From: Candidatus Margulisiibacteriota bacterium
GTDB lineage: Bacteria > Margulisbacteria > WOR-1 > O2-12-FULL-45-9
Reading direction: 5' to 3'
Length of the DNA: 36,719 bases
NCBI GenBank assembly: GCA_034723395.1
Contig: JAYEOW010000033.1
Coordinates: 1-36,719, forward strand
The translations under genes and the position numbers were made by a program. How positions within the stretch are numbered: the first letter of the stretch is position 1; each line of letters begins with the position of its first letter. The notes below the pieces were generated by a model that was not told the origin of the DNA, did not search any database, and saw only the letters and a list, made by a program, of their open reading frames with translations. This document shows positions 19,774-29,242 of this stretch, one piece after another.

Positions 19774-21433
19774 TTTCTTCCTCTTCCCTCTCTTTTTCCC
19801 TTCTTGCAAGCTCCCTAGCCACTGGACTTACCGATTCATCCTTCAATTTCGCGATTTTTATTTCCTCACTATACGCCTGGATGTCCCTGTCGTCAATATA
19901 AGTCTTATTTGATCTTACCGCCTGGGTTATTACCCAATCGCAAACTTTTAATATTCCACGTGGGATACCGTAGCTTAAGTCGTAAATTTTATCGATCGCC
20001 CCAGCGGTAAAAGGCCCCAACCCCTTCCCTCCCGCATTATTGATCCTTTTTTGGATCAGCTCTTTGGTCTCTTCGAGATTAAGCGATCCCAGCAGAAGGC
20101 TCTCTACAATCCGATCAAAAAGCGCCGGCAAGTCCCTTTTTAACTTTTCTCGAGCCTGAGGAAGGCCTGCCATCACCAAGAAGATATTCGGCAGGTCGCC
20201 GAGAGTACGGAGAAACTGCTCAAATTCCTCTTTAAATTCGTGGGCCTCGTCGATCAGCAGTAATATATTTCGTTTGTACTTTTTACAGAGGTCCTGAAAC
20301 TCATAGATCGTATACGCCCGCGTGGATGTAGTTCGTTTAGAGATCGTTGAGGAAACCAGATTTATTAATTCGTCAGGCTTTGCCGGCGGGCGTAATATAT
20401 AAATAGTTTCAAACTTATTTTGAAGGTTTTTTTCCAGCCACTGAAGCAGGGTGGTTTTTCCGGTACCCAAACCGCCAATCACCAGGATATGCCCGCTTAG
20501 CGTATTAAGTTTTTCAACGATAATCGAGATTTCAACCTGATGGCCGGTAAAAATATCAGGAATAATATTTAGGGTAAAGGGATTTTTGGTCCAGCCAAAT
20601 TTACCAAACCATCCCTTTTGTTCATCGTTCAGGTCAGGAACTTTCAGCCGCACACCGCACTTCCCGCAGAATTCGGCGTCCAGCGCGTTCCGGGCCCGAC
20701 ATTCAGGGCAATAAATATGGTTCGTCTTCCACCACATTATGACCACCCTCACCGCTAAACCTACCAAAGCAAATAAAATAAGTAACAGAAGCCCGTCCAG
20801 CCACATGAATCGAAGCTCATATCGTTTTGTAAATTCATCAATCGCTATCCGCGAAGTTAATTTCTTTAACTGCCTGTCGGAGATCTCCGCTTTAAGCAGT
20901 TTTGCGTTTATTTCGTCCAAATACATATTCGCGTTCGCGTGACCCGACAAAAGCTTATCGACCCGCAGAAAATAATCTCTCGCGATCAGCAATTTACCAT
21001 CGCCATAGTATCGCTCACCGCGCAAAAACATATCATGCGCCTCTCTAATTTTTTGCCGTTCTCTATCGGCGCTTAGCTGGCCCCGTAAAGGGAACCGCTT
21101 TATCGTGGCGGGCGGGCTGGTGGAAGTAGTGGTAGCCGCTACTAAGGTCGTGGTGGTCATTAAGCTTGTGGCAGCGGCAGTTGTTATGGTAGTCCCTGTT
21201 TTCCCCTCAATCGATCCCAATCTCTCTTCTTCAATTAACGCTTTTAATTCCAGCGCGCCGATATGGCTTGGATCGATCAGCAGCGCGTGATCAACGTCTT
21301 TAACCGCCCCCTTGATATCCCCCTTAAAATATTTGCCGGAGGCGAACTCAAAATACTCGTCCGCGGTTATAGCGGCAGCCGGAAGAGAAATAATACAGAA
21401 GATCAGCAAGATCGCCGTAAGCAGTTTTTTCAT
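19766..21433 (-). CDS. TPR / TM / zinc-ribbon / ExeA(GspA)-like AAA ATPase
   Basis: Signal peptide, TPR-like helices, Thr-rich linker, TM helix, CPEC..CGKC, NPF, Walker A GGLGTGKTT, Walker B LLIDEAH, GIPRGI. Confidence 0.8.
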   Translation of the reverse strand: MKKLLTAILLIFCIISLPAAAITADEYFEFASGKYFKGDIKGAVKDVDHALLIDPSHIGALELKALIEEERLGSIEGKTGTTITTAAATSLMTTTTLVAATTTSTSPPATIKRFPLRGQLSADRERQKIREAHDMFLRGERYYGDGKLLIARDYFLRVDKLLSGHANANMYLDEINAKLLKAEISDRQLKKLTSRIAIDEFTKRYELRFMWLDGLLLLILFALVGLAVRVVIMWWKTNHIYCPECRARNALDAEFCGKCGVRLKVPDLNDEQKGWFGKFGWTKNPFTLNIIPDIFTGHQVEISIIVEKLNTLSGHILVIGGLGTGKTTLLQWLEKNLQNKFETIYILRPPAKPDELINLVSSTISKRTTSTRAYTIYEFQDLCKKYKRNILLLIDEAHEFKEEFEQFLRTLGDLPNIFLVMAGLPQAREKLKRDLPALFDRIVESLLLGSLNLEETKELIQKRINNAGGKGLGPFTAGAIDKIYDLSYGIPRGILKVCDWVITQAVRSNKTYIDDRDIQAYSEEIKIAKLKDESVSPVARELARREKEREEEENG

Positions 21434-22696
21434 CTAGTTTTTCCCTTCTTTTTTTATCTTCAGGAATTTACCTAATCTTTTCTTGAAGTCGATCGCCCTC
21501 TTATTTCCAGGAGCAAGCTCAATCGACTTATCAACCAATTCCCCGGCTTTATTATAATTCCTTTTTTGGAATTCAACCACCGCTTTTTCCAAATAATTAT
21601 TCGATTTTTTCAATTGTTCGCGCAGCGCCCTCACTTTTTCTAGCAACGTTTTTTGCCGCATTTCCTCCACGATCCGGTCGACGAATTCCCGGCTGTCGCG
21701 ATGGACTGGATCAATTTCAAGCACTTTCCTAAATTCAGAAAGCGCGTCCAGGTATTTATCTTCCCGATAGTACATCTTTCCAAGCTCATAATGTTTCTCA
21801 ATCGTTGCCTCTTTCCTAATACCAAATCTCAAAGCAAAACTTAAGCGGTGAGCTACTCCAATATTTTCATAAGGGACATAAGCGTAATCAAGATCAAAAT
21901 ATGGCGCCTTAAATCCGATTCCGCCTTGGACGCGAGATTGAGCATAGCCAAACCTTAAAGCAAAATAATCGCTAAAATCGTATTCACATCCATAGTTAAC
22001 ATATGCCTCTTCGTTGTGTGGCAGATTATAATCTGCTGATAGGGTTAATGGATTAAGCATGAATTTGGTCAACCCTACCCCAACAACTGTTTTACGCGGC
22101 AACGGGTTCTGTTCTTGAATAAATTTTAATTCTCCGATCTGATTAATAAAATTTACCCCTACATTCATTCTGGGCGAAACTTCTAACAATAAACCTAGAT
22201 CAGCGCTTACCGTCTCCGCTTTAATATTATCCAGGTATTCTGAGACCATATGAACATTAAGCCCAAAAGAAAGCGATTTATTTATATACTTCCCCCAGGA
22301 AAGAGTTAAAGCGTTATCAGCCGCGGTAACATCTGCCTCCCTGCTTCCTGAAGCGTCATATCCGGCAATCATCCCGTAATTTAAATAACGATAACTCAAT
22401 CCAAAGTTACCTAGTTCCCCCGCAGGATAGACTATGCCTAAATATTGGAGAGAGGTCTCCTGCAACCAATTAGCATTCATAGATAGGATCTCAAAAGATT
22501 TTAATGTAGCTAATCCGGCTGGATTCCAATAGGCTGCATCTGCCCCATTAGCCAAAGCAGTATACGATTCTCCCATCGCTACCGGACGAGCCCCAATTCC
22601 AATCTTTAGAAAATTACCAGCAGACGTCCCTTGGGCAATTCCGCTATTTGTCAGCGTTCCTAAAATAAATATTAACAGTGTTAGTTTTTTTAACAT
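21434..22696 (-). CDS. PorV/PorQ (UPF0164) family beta-barrel protein with C-terminal TPRs
   Basis: FLKIGIGARPVAMGESY..AAYWNPAGLA signature; barrel end LDYAYVP..GVAHRLS; TPR tail. Confidence 0.85.
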   Translation of the reverse strand: MLKKLTLLIFILGTLTNSGIAQGTSAGNFLKIGIGARPVAMGESYTALANGADAAYWNPAGLATLKSFEILSMNANWLQETSLQYLGIVYPAGELGNFGLSYRYLNYGMIAGYDASGSREADVTAADNALTLSWGKYINKSLSFGLNVHMVSEYLDNIKAETVSADLGLLLEVSPRMNVGVNFINQIGELKFIQEQNPLPRKTVVGVGLTKFMLNPLTLSADYNLPHNEEAYVNYGCEYDFSDYFALRFGYAQSRVQGGIGFKAPYFDLDYAYVPYENIGVAHRLSFALRFGIRKEATIEKHYELGKMYYREDKYLDALSEFRKVLEIDPVHRDSREFVDRIVEEMRQKTLLEKVRALREQLKKSNNYLEKAVVEFQKRNYNKAGELVDKSIELAPGNKRAIDFKKRLGKFLKIKKEGKN

Positions 22697-22700
22697 CGGT

Positions 22701-25700
22701 TTATTTAATAATTAATAATTTTCCCGCTTTACTATCTTCCGGGCCTTTGATATGGAAAAAGTAGACTCCGGATGCTAATTCTCCCCCGCTAGTGCTCTTA
22801 ACATCCCAACTATACTGTCCGTCTCCATCAGTTTCATTTAAAGTTGCCACCAAGTTTCCGCCTGAGTCATAAATCCTGATGATTGCGGTCGACGATAGAT
22901 TGGTAAAAGTGATCGTGCTGTGCCCAAGATCGGGCCGGTAAGGGACTGGGAAGGCAAATGCCGAAGAGAGATCTTGCGCCGGGGTCGACATTAAGGTATA
23001 AACCGAAAAGTGCTGTACTGGAGCTGTTACATAGTTTAAGACTGTATTCACCGTCGAACCCGGGACCCTTACCCACAATTGATTGATCTCATCGAGCCAG
23101 TAGATCAAGAGCGACTGTTCATTAATCGGAGGGTTCGATCCATCAACAAAACCGTCGCTATTGCTATCGGTATAATACAATGTGACGGTTACAGGAGCGT
23201 TAAACGTGCTGGTATCACGACTACCATTTGTATCATAAGCATCAAATTCGGTAATACTTGAAATTATCGGGTAATGATAAGGATTTCCTTCGGCAGCGAC
23301 TTTATTATCGGCGGTAAGTATATCATTGGGATTGACCTCTTGTGGATCATTAATCGGGTCACGATTAATATCGATCCAACCATCGCTGCTGAGCGCTCCC
23401 ACTCCTAATGTTACCTTCGCCAGCCCATCACTACTAATAAATGTATTTTGTCGGTCCTTATCAAAAATAACTCTAAAACTCCATGTTTTATCTTCCAACA
23501 TCGGATTCCCATTGGTATCGGTCGCCTCTTTAGAAACAGTTACCCGATAGCTATACCCCTTAGTTAAAGCTGTTGGGGTAAAAGTTAAAGTTTGGCTACC
23601 CGTCCAGCTATAACTCCCGTTAACAAACAGGTCGAGACTATTCCCTTGATTATCTAAAATCGCCTTCATTGAAAAAGCATTCTGCACCGAGGTTGTATTC
23701 ATATCCAAGTTAAAGGTTACGATCACATCTGCTTCAGGGGTAACATTTATTACCTCATCGGTCGGAGAATAACTGGTTACCTCAGGTGTGGTAGGAGCAA
23801 GCCCGCCACTGTTTGCTCCGTCGCTAAGAACGGATTGGCTGGTTATCTGGTCAGCAGTATCCGAAATGTTACGTGATTTTTCGTAGAAAGTATATTGTGA
23901 TACTGGTGAAGAAAGCCCGGTTACGGTTTTTGTTCCCCAATTAGTGATCGTTTCCCAACTAGCAGCATCTCCTAATGTCCCATCCATCTGCACATACTTA
24001 TTTTCTGCTTCCTTTGTCACATAGATCGCATATTCCAATCCAGTTGCCTCAGCCGTTAACCTGTTTACAGCCACATCAACAGTTGAAGCAGTTGGACTAT
24101 CAACCGTTGGAGCTAGCGGAGTATACGGCTTGATATATTTTTTAATCGAATCAGGCGTTAAGCTCTCACTGGTCCCCACATTTCCAAAATCATCAACATG
24201 GACACAGCGAACTTTATTTACGTAATCATTTCCCTCTAACGTTGCTCCAACTGCCGTCGCCTGCGGTGAAGGATCGGCCGTCCCGGTATCTCCGGCAGTA
24301 CTACTCCCATAAGCTCCCCCATTGATCGCAAGATAGAATGTGTTCGTATCCGGATGAGTTTCGGTAAATGAGCAATCAAGGGTAACTGTGGTATCACCGC
24401 CAAGTGGTTGTGTATAAATTTCGGTAGTCACTAATGGTGCAGGATCAAGGTTATCTATATCAAAACCGACTGGTGAAATACCATAGGCGCTGTTATCGGT
24501 CCCATCATTTACTTGGAATCTTATGCGAACATCTACGCTATCCGCATCGTCGATGTAATCTTTGGATGTATCCCAAACCAGGCTATGCACCGGACCGGTA
24601 AAATCAGTCGCTGAAGTAAGACCCGTTTTTGTTCCAGTAATATCCCCATCGGCAATCGCGTTCCACGCACCAGCATTTACCTGGTAATAAAAACTCCCGT
24701 TAACCACACTACACGCGTCACTTTCGGCATCCTTGATCCTAAAAGTTATCGTAATATCCCCTGACCCATCCGTTGCCTGAGAAGGCACGGGTAGAACATT
24801 ATCACTTGCTCCATTGTTAAGGATTGGTGCAACGTTAGATGCCGATGCTCCTGGACCTAACGCCGATTCACTCGACGCCTGGTGGGCAGCATCAGAAGTA
24901 TTACGCGATTTTGTCTGAAACCTATATTGACTAACCGGCGAACTTAATCCGGTAACCGTTTTTGTCCCCCAATTTGCGATTGTTTCCCAGCTGGCTGTAA
25001 CTCCAAGGGTCCCATCCATTTGCACATATCTATTTTCCGCTTCCTTGGTTACATAGATCGCATATTCTAAGCCGACAACTTCACTGGCATGTTTATTGAT
25101 CGTCACATCAACCGTTGAAGCAGTCGGATTCCCAACCGTTGGAGCAAGTGGAGTATACGGTTTTACATATTTCCTACTCGCAGTTGGAGCAAGGCTTTCA
25201 TTGGTCCCCACATTTCCAAAATCATCGACGTGAGTACACATAACCTTACTAACATAGTCATCACCAAGAAGCGTAGCCCCAGCTCCAGTTGCCTGAGCCG
25301 ATGGATCAGCTGTTCCACTATCCCCCGCTGTTCCACTACCATAAGCCCCACCATTGATCGCTAGATAAAAAGTATTTGTATTCGGATGGATCTCGGTAAA
25401 CGAACAATCTAGGGTAACGTCTGTCACTCCAGCACTCGGTTGAGTTGTAATATCGGTCGTCACTAGCGCAGCTGGATCCAAATTATCTACATCAAATCCA
25501 AGCGGAGAATCACCATTAGCACTAGCAACTGTTCCATCATTTACTTTAAATCTTATCTGGACATCAACGCTATCGGCATCGTCTATATATTCCTTTGATG
25601 TATCCCAGACAAGCGTATGGAGTGCTCCAGTATAGTCTACTGCCGAAGTGAGTCCAGTTTTCGTTCCGGTGATATCAGAATCAGAAATCGGATTCCATCC

Positions 25701-26435
25701 GCCACCATTAACCTGATAATAGAAGCTCCCCGCCTCAACACTGCAGAGATCGGTCTCCGCATCTTTGATCCTAAAAGTTATCGTGATATCACCGGATCCA
25801 TCGGTTGCCTGCGATGGCATCGGAAGGACACTTTCACTAGAACCATTGTTAAGAATCGGCGCCGAATTATAAGTGACTTCTGCATAAACCTGAGTAACAA
25901 ACGGATTAGGGGATGCATCGTTGGTGTAAACCCCAAACGCTTCTATTGAATTGGCACTTATTCCATTTATATCGTCAGGAATCCATGCCACACTTGTTTT
26001 TGGATTGGTCGTATAATCATAAGTTGTCGTATTCCAGACATTTCTGGTCGGATCGATCCCCGGATCGGTCGTATCGTATGTCGTCCCCCCCACCAATAAA
26101 GCAGAGCGGATATTACAAGCTTGGGGAGCGGTCTTTTTATGCCGATAAACTATGCTTAACTTTGACACTGCAGCAGTAGTCGGGATGCTAAACAGGGTAA
26201 AGTCAAACCGGTTTCTCCCATTCGCTGTCGCGTAGATATAAGAGCCATCATCATCTGGTACTGCTTCGTATACTTTGTTGTAATAACTACCATCACCGCC
26301 AAAGGCTACCCAGGTCCCGGTAGAAGATTCATCAGCGGTCGGTCTTCTAATTTGAGTACCAGCAGAAAAAGACGGCAAAGCACAAAATAATACCAAAAGA
26401 AGGGCAATAAAAATCCTTACAGCATCTTTGCGCAT
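22701..26435 (-). CDS. Large secreted/surface protein: 2 x 344-aa repeat, Big_5 Ig-like domain, T9SS type A/FlgD-like C-terminal domain
   Basis: Signal peptide; acidic Ser/Thr-rich beta domains; PEVTSYSP..VTFNLDM..LTFTP; C-terminal FPVPY..IRIYDSGGNLV..WDVK..LASGVYF..GKLLIIK. Start is ATG 26435 or TTG 26474. Confidence 0.8.
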   Translation of the reverse strand: MRKDAVRIFIALLLVLFCALPSFSAGTQIRRPTADESSTGTWVAFGGDGSYYNKVYEAVPDDDGSYIYATANGRNRFDFTLFSIPTTAAVSKLSIVYRHKKTAPQACNIRSALLVGGTTYDTTDPGIDPTRNVWNTTTYDYTTNPKTSVAWIPDDINGISANSIEAFGVYTNDASPNPFVTQVYAEVTYNSAPILNNGSSESVLPMPSQATDGSGDITITFRIKDAETDLCSVEAGSFYYQVNGGGWNPISDSDITGTKTGLTSAVDYTGALHTLVWDTSKEYIDDADSVDVQIRFKVNDGTVASANGDSPLGFDVDNLDPAALVTTDITTQPSAGVTDVTLDCSFTEIHPNTNTFYLAINGGAYGSGTAGDSGTADPSAQATGAGATLLGDDYVSKVMCTHVDDFGNVGTNESLAPTASRKYVKPYTPLAPTVGNPTASTVDVTINKHASEVVGLEYAIYVTKEAENRYVQMDGTLGVTASWETIANWGTKTVTGLSSPVSQYRFQTKSRNTSDAAHQASSESALGPGASASNVAPILNNGASDNVLPVPSQATDGSGDITITFRIKDAESDACSVVNGSFYYQVNAGAWNAIADGDITGTKTGLTSATDFTGPVHSLVWDTSKDYIDDADSVDVRIRFQVNDGTDNSAYGISPVGFDIDNLDPAPLVTTEIYTQPLGGDTTVTLDCSFTETHPDTNTFYLAINGGAYGSSTAGDTGTADPSPQATAVGATLEGNDYVNKVRCVHVDDFGNVGTSESLTPDSIKKYIKPYTPLAPTVDSPTASTVDVAVNRLTAEATGLEYAIYVTKEAENKYVQMDGTLGDAASWETITNWGTKTVTGLSSPVSQYTFYEKSRNISDTADQITSQSVLSDGANSGGLAPTTPEVTSYSPTDEVINVTPEADVIVTFNLDMNTTSVQNAFSMKAILDNQGNSLDLFVNGSYSWTGSQTLTFTPTALTKGYSYRVTVSKEATDTNGNPMLEDKTWSFRVIFDKDRQNTFISSDGLAKVTLGVGALSSDGWIDINRDPINDPQEVNPNDILTADNKVAAEGNPYHYPIISSITEFDAYDTNGSRDTSTFNAPVTVTLYYTDSNSDGFVDGSNPPINEQSLLIYWLDEINQLWVRVPGSTVNTVLNYVTAPVQHFSVYTLMSTPAQDLSSAFAFPVPYRPDLGHSTITFTNLSSTAIIRIYDSGGNLVATLNETDGDGQYSWDVKSTSGGELASGVYFFHIKGPEDSKAGKLLIIK
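23799..25862 (-). repeat. Intragenic tandem duplication, period 1032 nt (344 aa)
   Basis: APILNNG..PSQATDGSGDITITFRIKDAE begins at 25862 and again at 24830; the two copies are collinear. Confidence 0.9.
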
Positions 26436-26645
26436 CTTAGGGTAATTTATAACAGTTTTTAGACGGATTTTCAAGCGTAAATGCAGTTTATCAGCATTGA
26501 TTACGGCCGCGGAATAACCGATAGGAACTCATATCCAATCAAGACCCTCACCGAACTTACCGGAAATGATAGAAATCCCCCCGATTTTCATATATAATTA
26601 CGGCGAACTCAGGGCAGGCACACTTAATCCAAAGGAGAAATAAAT

Positions 26646-27209
26646 ATGAAAAAAATAGTATGGATCGTTCTTATTATCGTACTTATATTCCTCGGTGGTT
26701 ACATATTCCTGAATAGAGGAACTAAATCGGACATTACGGATGAACTCTTTAAGATTGCGGAGACAGATACAACAGGTGTGACAACAGAAGATACCGTTCC
26801 CGCAAACACGGTCACAACAAGTATCGTTGCAACTACTACCATTCCCATAGTGAAAGAAAAGAAAACTATTGTCGCTCCAGTCGGGCAAGGATTATCGATA
26901 ACAGGAGCTCTAGGCACTGGGGTCGAAGGACGTGTTCTGGTTGGGGAAGCGTCCGAATTTGGGAAAGATGTCGGGAGAGTATATTGCGTAATCACCGTAA
27001 CCGGGGCAAATGGGCCGACCGAAGTAGCACACGTTTGGTATTTCAACGACCAAGAAAAGGCTAATACTACCCTGCCTATTAAATATAAAAAGCATCGCAC
27101 CTGGAGCTACAAGACCATCCATCCGCAGCATGTTGGAAACTGGAGAGTGGATGTGATTAATCGATCGGGGAAGGTTTTGAAGTCTTTTTCGTTTGTGATA
27201 GGTGAATAG
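26646..27209 (+). CDS. DUF2914 domain-containing membrane-anchored protein
   Basis: N-terminal TM, Thr-rich linker, VYC..HVWY..RTWSYK..GNWRVDV; SD AAGGAG. Confidence 0.8.
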   Translation: MKKIVWIVLIIVLIFLGGYIFLNRGTKSDITDELFKIAETDTTGVTTEDTVPANTVTTSIVATTTIPIVKEKKTIVAPVGQGLSITGALGTGVEGRVLVGEASEFGKDVGRVYCVITVTGANGPTEVAHVWYFNDQEKANTTLPIKYKKHRTWSYKTIHPQHVGNWRVDVINRSGKVLKSFSFVIGE

Positions 27210-27242
27210 GAGTATCTCTTGCGGGGCGCAGTTACCTGCTGT

Positions 27243-28310
27243 TTAACGATTGGTCATATAAAGTGTCTGGGTCGGATAGGCAAACTCTATCCCTTTTTCT
27301 TTGAATTTCTCAAAGATTTTTAGGTTTATCTCCTGCTGAATATCCATGTAAAGGTTATAGTCATTGCCCTGGATATAATAAACCACTTCAAAATCCAGGC
27401 TGGAATTTCCATAACTAAAAAAGTGAGCGCGGTCAAGAGAGGCGCGGTCGATATTATCGACGATCTCGGATATCATGGGCGGAATACTTTTTAGCTGCTC
27501 CAGAGTGGTCTGATAGATCACGCCAAACTTAAAGACCACCCTTCTTTTTTCCATCAACCTATAATTCCTGATGCGGCTGTTGGTCAGGTCTGAGTTTGAA
27601 AAGACCAGGAGCTCGCCGGAAAGGCTGCGAATCCGGGTGGTCTTGATCCCAATATGCTCAACCGCCCCCAGATAATCGCCGATGATGATAAAGTCGCCAA
27701 CCTTGAAAGGTTTATCGATCAAGATCGCAAAGGAGCTGAAAAGGTCCCCCAGAACTGTCTGAGCCGCCAGGGCAATGGCCACCCCGCCAATTCCAAGTCC
27801 TGCCACCAGGGTGGAAATATGCAGCCCCATGTTGTCCAAAACAAAGACCCCTCCAGTTGCCCAGAGGATCCAGTTTATGACCACCAAGATACTTTTCAGC
27901 GAGGCCGCGCTTTTTTCGTCCTTTTCCCCGGCCCGGAAATAGAACTTTTCCAGGGAAAAAGCAATTATATCCTGGGCAACGCGGATGGTTTTGTAGACAA
28001 GTACCGCCACCAGAAGCGTGTTGAGTACCCTGCCCACCTTTAAGCTCAGCAGAAGAGTGTTGGCTGCCAGGTAAAAAGCAATAAAGATATAAAAGAAGCT
28101 CTCGATCTTCTCAAATAGGCTGACCAGAAAATCATCAAAATCACTAATGGTTTTTTGAGCGATTCTCTTTAGAATAGAAACAACAATGTTTTTGAAGATC
28201 CAGGCCAGGATCAGGAGGCCGACAAAGGTCAAGAGCGCTACCGCATAGGCGATCAGGGAATTGGCGAAGTATTGCTGCCGCATGATCGAAGCTAAATTTT
28301 CATTCAACAT
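27243..28310 (-). CDS. mscS: MscS-family mechanosensitive channel (intact)
   Basis: GLGIGGVAIALAAQ, DKPFKVGDFI, IGIKTTRIRS, IRNY, GIEFAYPTQT. Confidence 0.92.
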   Translation of the reverse strand: MLNENLASIMRQQYFANSLIAYAVALLTFVGLLILAWIFKNIVVSILKRIAQKTISDFDDFLVSLFEKIESFFYIFIAFYLAANTLLLSLKVGRVLNTLLVAVLVYKTIRVAQDIIAFSLEKFYFRAGEKDEKSAASLKSILVVINWILWATGGVFVLDNMGLHISTLVAGLGIGGVAIALAAQTVLGDLFSSFAILIDKPFKVGDFIIIGDYLGAVEHIGIKTTRIRSLSGELLVFSNSDLTNSRIRNYRLMEKRRVVFKFGVIYQTTLEQLKSIPPMISEIVDNIDRASLDRAHFFSYGNSSLDFEVVYYIQGNDYNLYMDIQQEINLKIFEKFKEKGIEFAYPTQTLYMTNR

Positions 28311-28407
28311 ATTTCGATTATATCAGAATATGGCTCAGAGGTAAATATCGAGCGGGGGACTGCGAGTCCCAACCTAAACCCCTCCCCTATTTTCATCTAA
28401 ATAATAC

Positions 28408-28433
28408 GAAATTTTTACTGTTTTTTGTCGATA
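28408..28433 (+). promoter_or_regulatory. GAAATT-N16-GATA motif, copy 6
   Basis: GAAATT TTTACTGTTTTTTG TCGATA, followed by an SD-like GAGGGG. Confidence 0.62.
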
Positions 28434-28454
28434 AATATATAGAGGGGAATTAAT

Positions 28455-29115
28455 ATAAAAGTACTTTCCCGCAGAGAAGTTATTCAATTTTCGCTTCTGG
28501 CTGCCGCAAGCGCATTCGTCTCAAGATGTCGTCAGTTAACCCGCGGAAAGAAGACTACTCCCCATCGCGATCCTCAAGCCAAGCGTCTTATTGATTTCAA
28601 CATAAACGGATGCTATACCGGCGCAGCTATTCCAATAGATTATCGTTCTATGGGAAGCATGGTTTCTGACATAGATGGATTTGAAAAAATGATCGGAAAA
28701 CAACTCGCTATCGTGGCCGCATTCAGCGCTTTTTCCCGGAATGGGATACCTCATTACTTTAACACCGGGATAGGAGGAAATTATCGGCCATTAGAAATTT
28801 ATAAAAATATTACGACGAACGGTTCCATTCTTTTTCTTTCGTGGGAAGCCCGTGATTGGCATCCTTCACACCCTCTAAATTCTAAAGGGAGGCGGAAACG
28901 GCAGGAAGGCCGAGTGGTTTAGAGATGCCTTCTGGAAAATCAGGCATAAGTATCCAAAAATAAAAGCCTTTGTTTTATTTCATTTCGATCATCGCACCGG
29001 AATTGTTAACCAGATTGCACCAAATTCAAATTGGAAAATAGATGCGCCTCCAGATGCAGCGCTTGCTGTTAAAAAAGCACTTTCAGATGATTATTTTGTG
29101 GGGAGGATAAAATAG
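28455..29115 (+). pseudogene. Tat-signal glycoside hydrolase family 26-like pseudogene
   Basis: ATA in the start position after the SD; SRREVIQFSLLAAA twin-Arg-like leader; FEKMIGKQLAIV and LSWE; then a frame change near 28885 to KAEWFRDAF..YPKIKAFVLF..NWKID. The central catalytic region is missing. Confidence 0.65.
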
Positions 29116-29120
29116 TTAAT

Positions 29121-29162
29121 CTGGGGGAGAAGGCCTTCGACTCCGCTCAGGCCAAGGATTCG
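29121..29162 (-). other. tRNA 3'-end remnant (Gln-like, att-like) interrupted by a small hairpin
   Basis: CTGGGGGAGAAGG[CCTTCGACTCCGCTCAGGCC AAGG]ATTCG; removing the insertion gives the reverse complement of CGAATCCTTCTCCCCCAG. Confidence 0.45.
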
Positions 29163-29242
29163 TCCTCCGCGCCGCTGGGGCGGCGGTTCCAGGACATGGA
29201 ATTTTTCTTCCGCTCGGAATTGTTTTAAATAATAATACATCG

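Noticed and set aside
23799..25862. DGR template/variable repeat pair
   Set aside because: Both copies are in-frame coding sequence about 1 kb long, the differences are not adenine-specific, and no reverse transcriptase is present.
28350..28380. Possible tRNA-Gly 3' remnant (GAGCGGGGGAC...)
   Set aside because: The match is too short and degenerate, with no T-loop.
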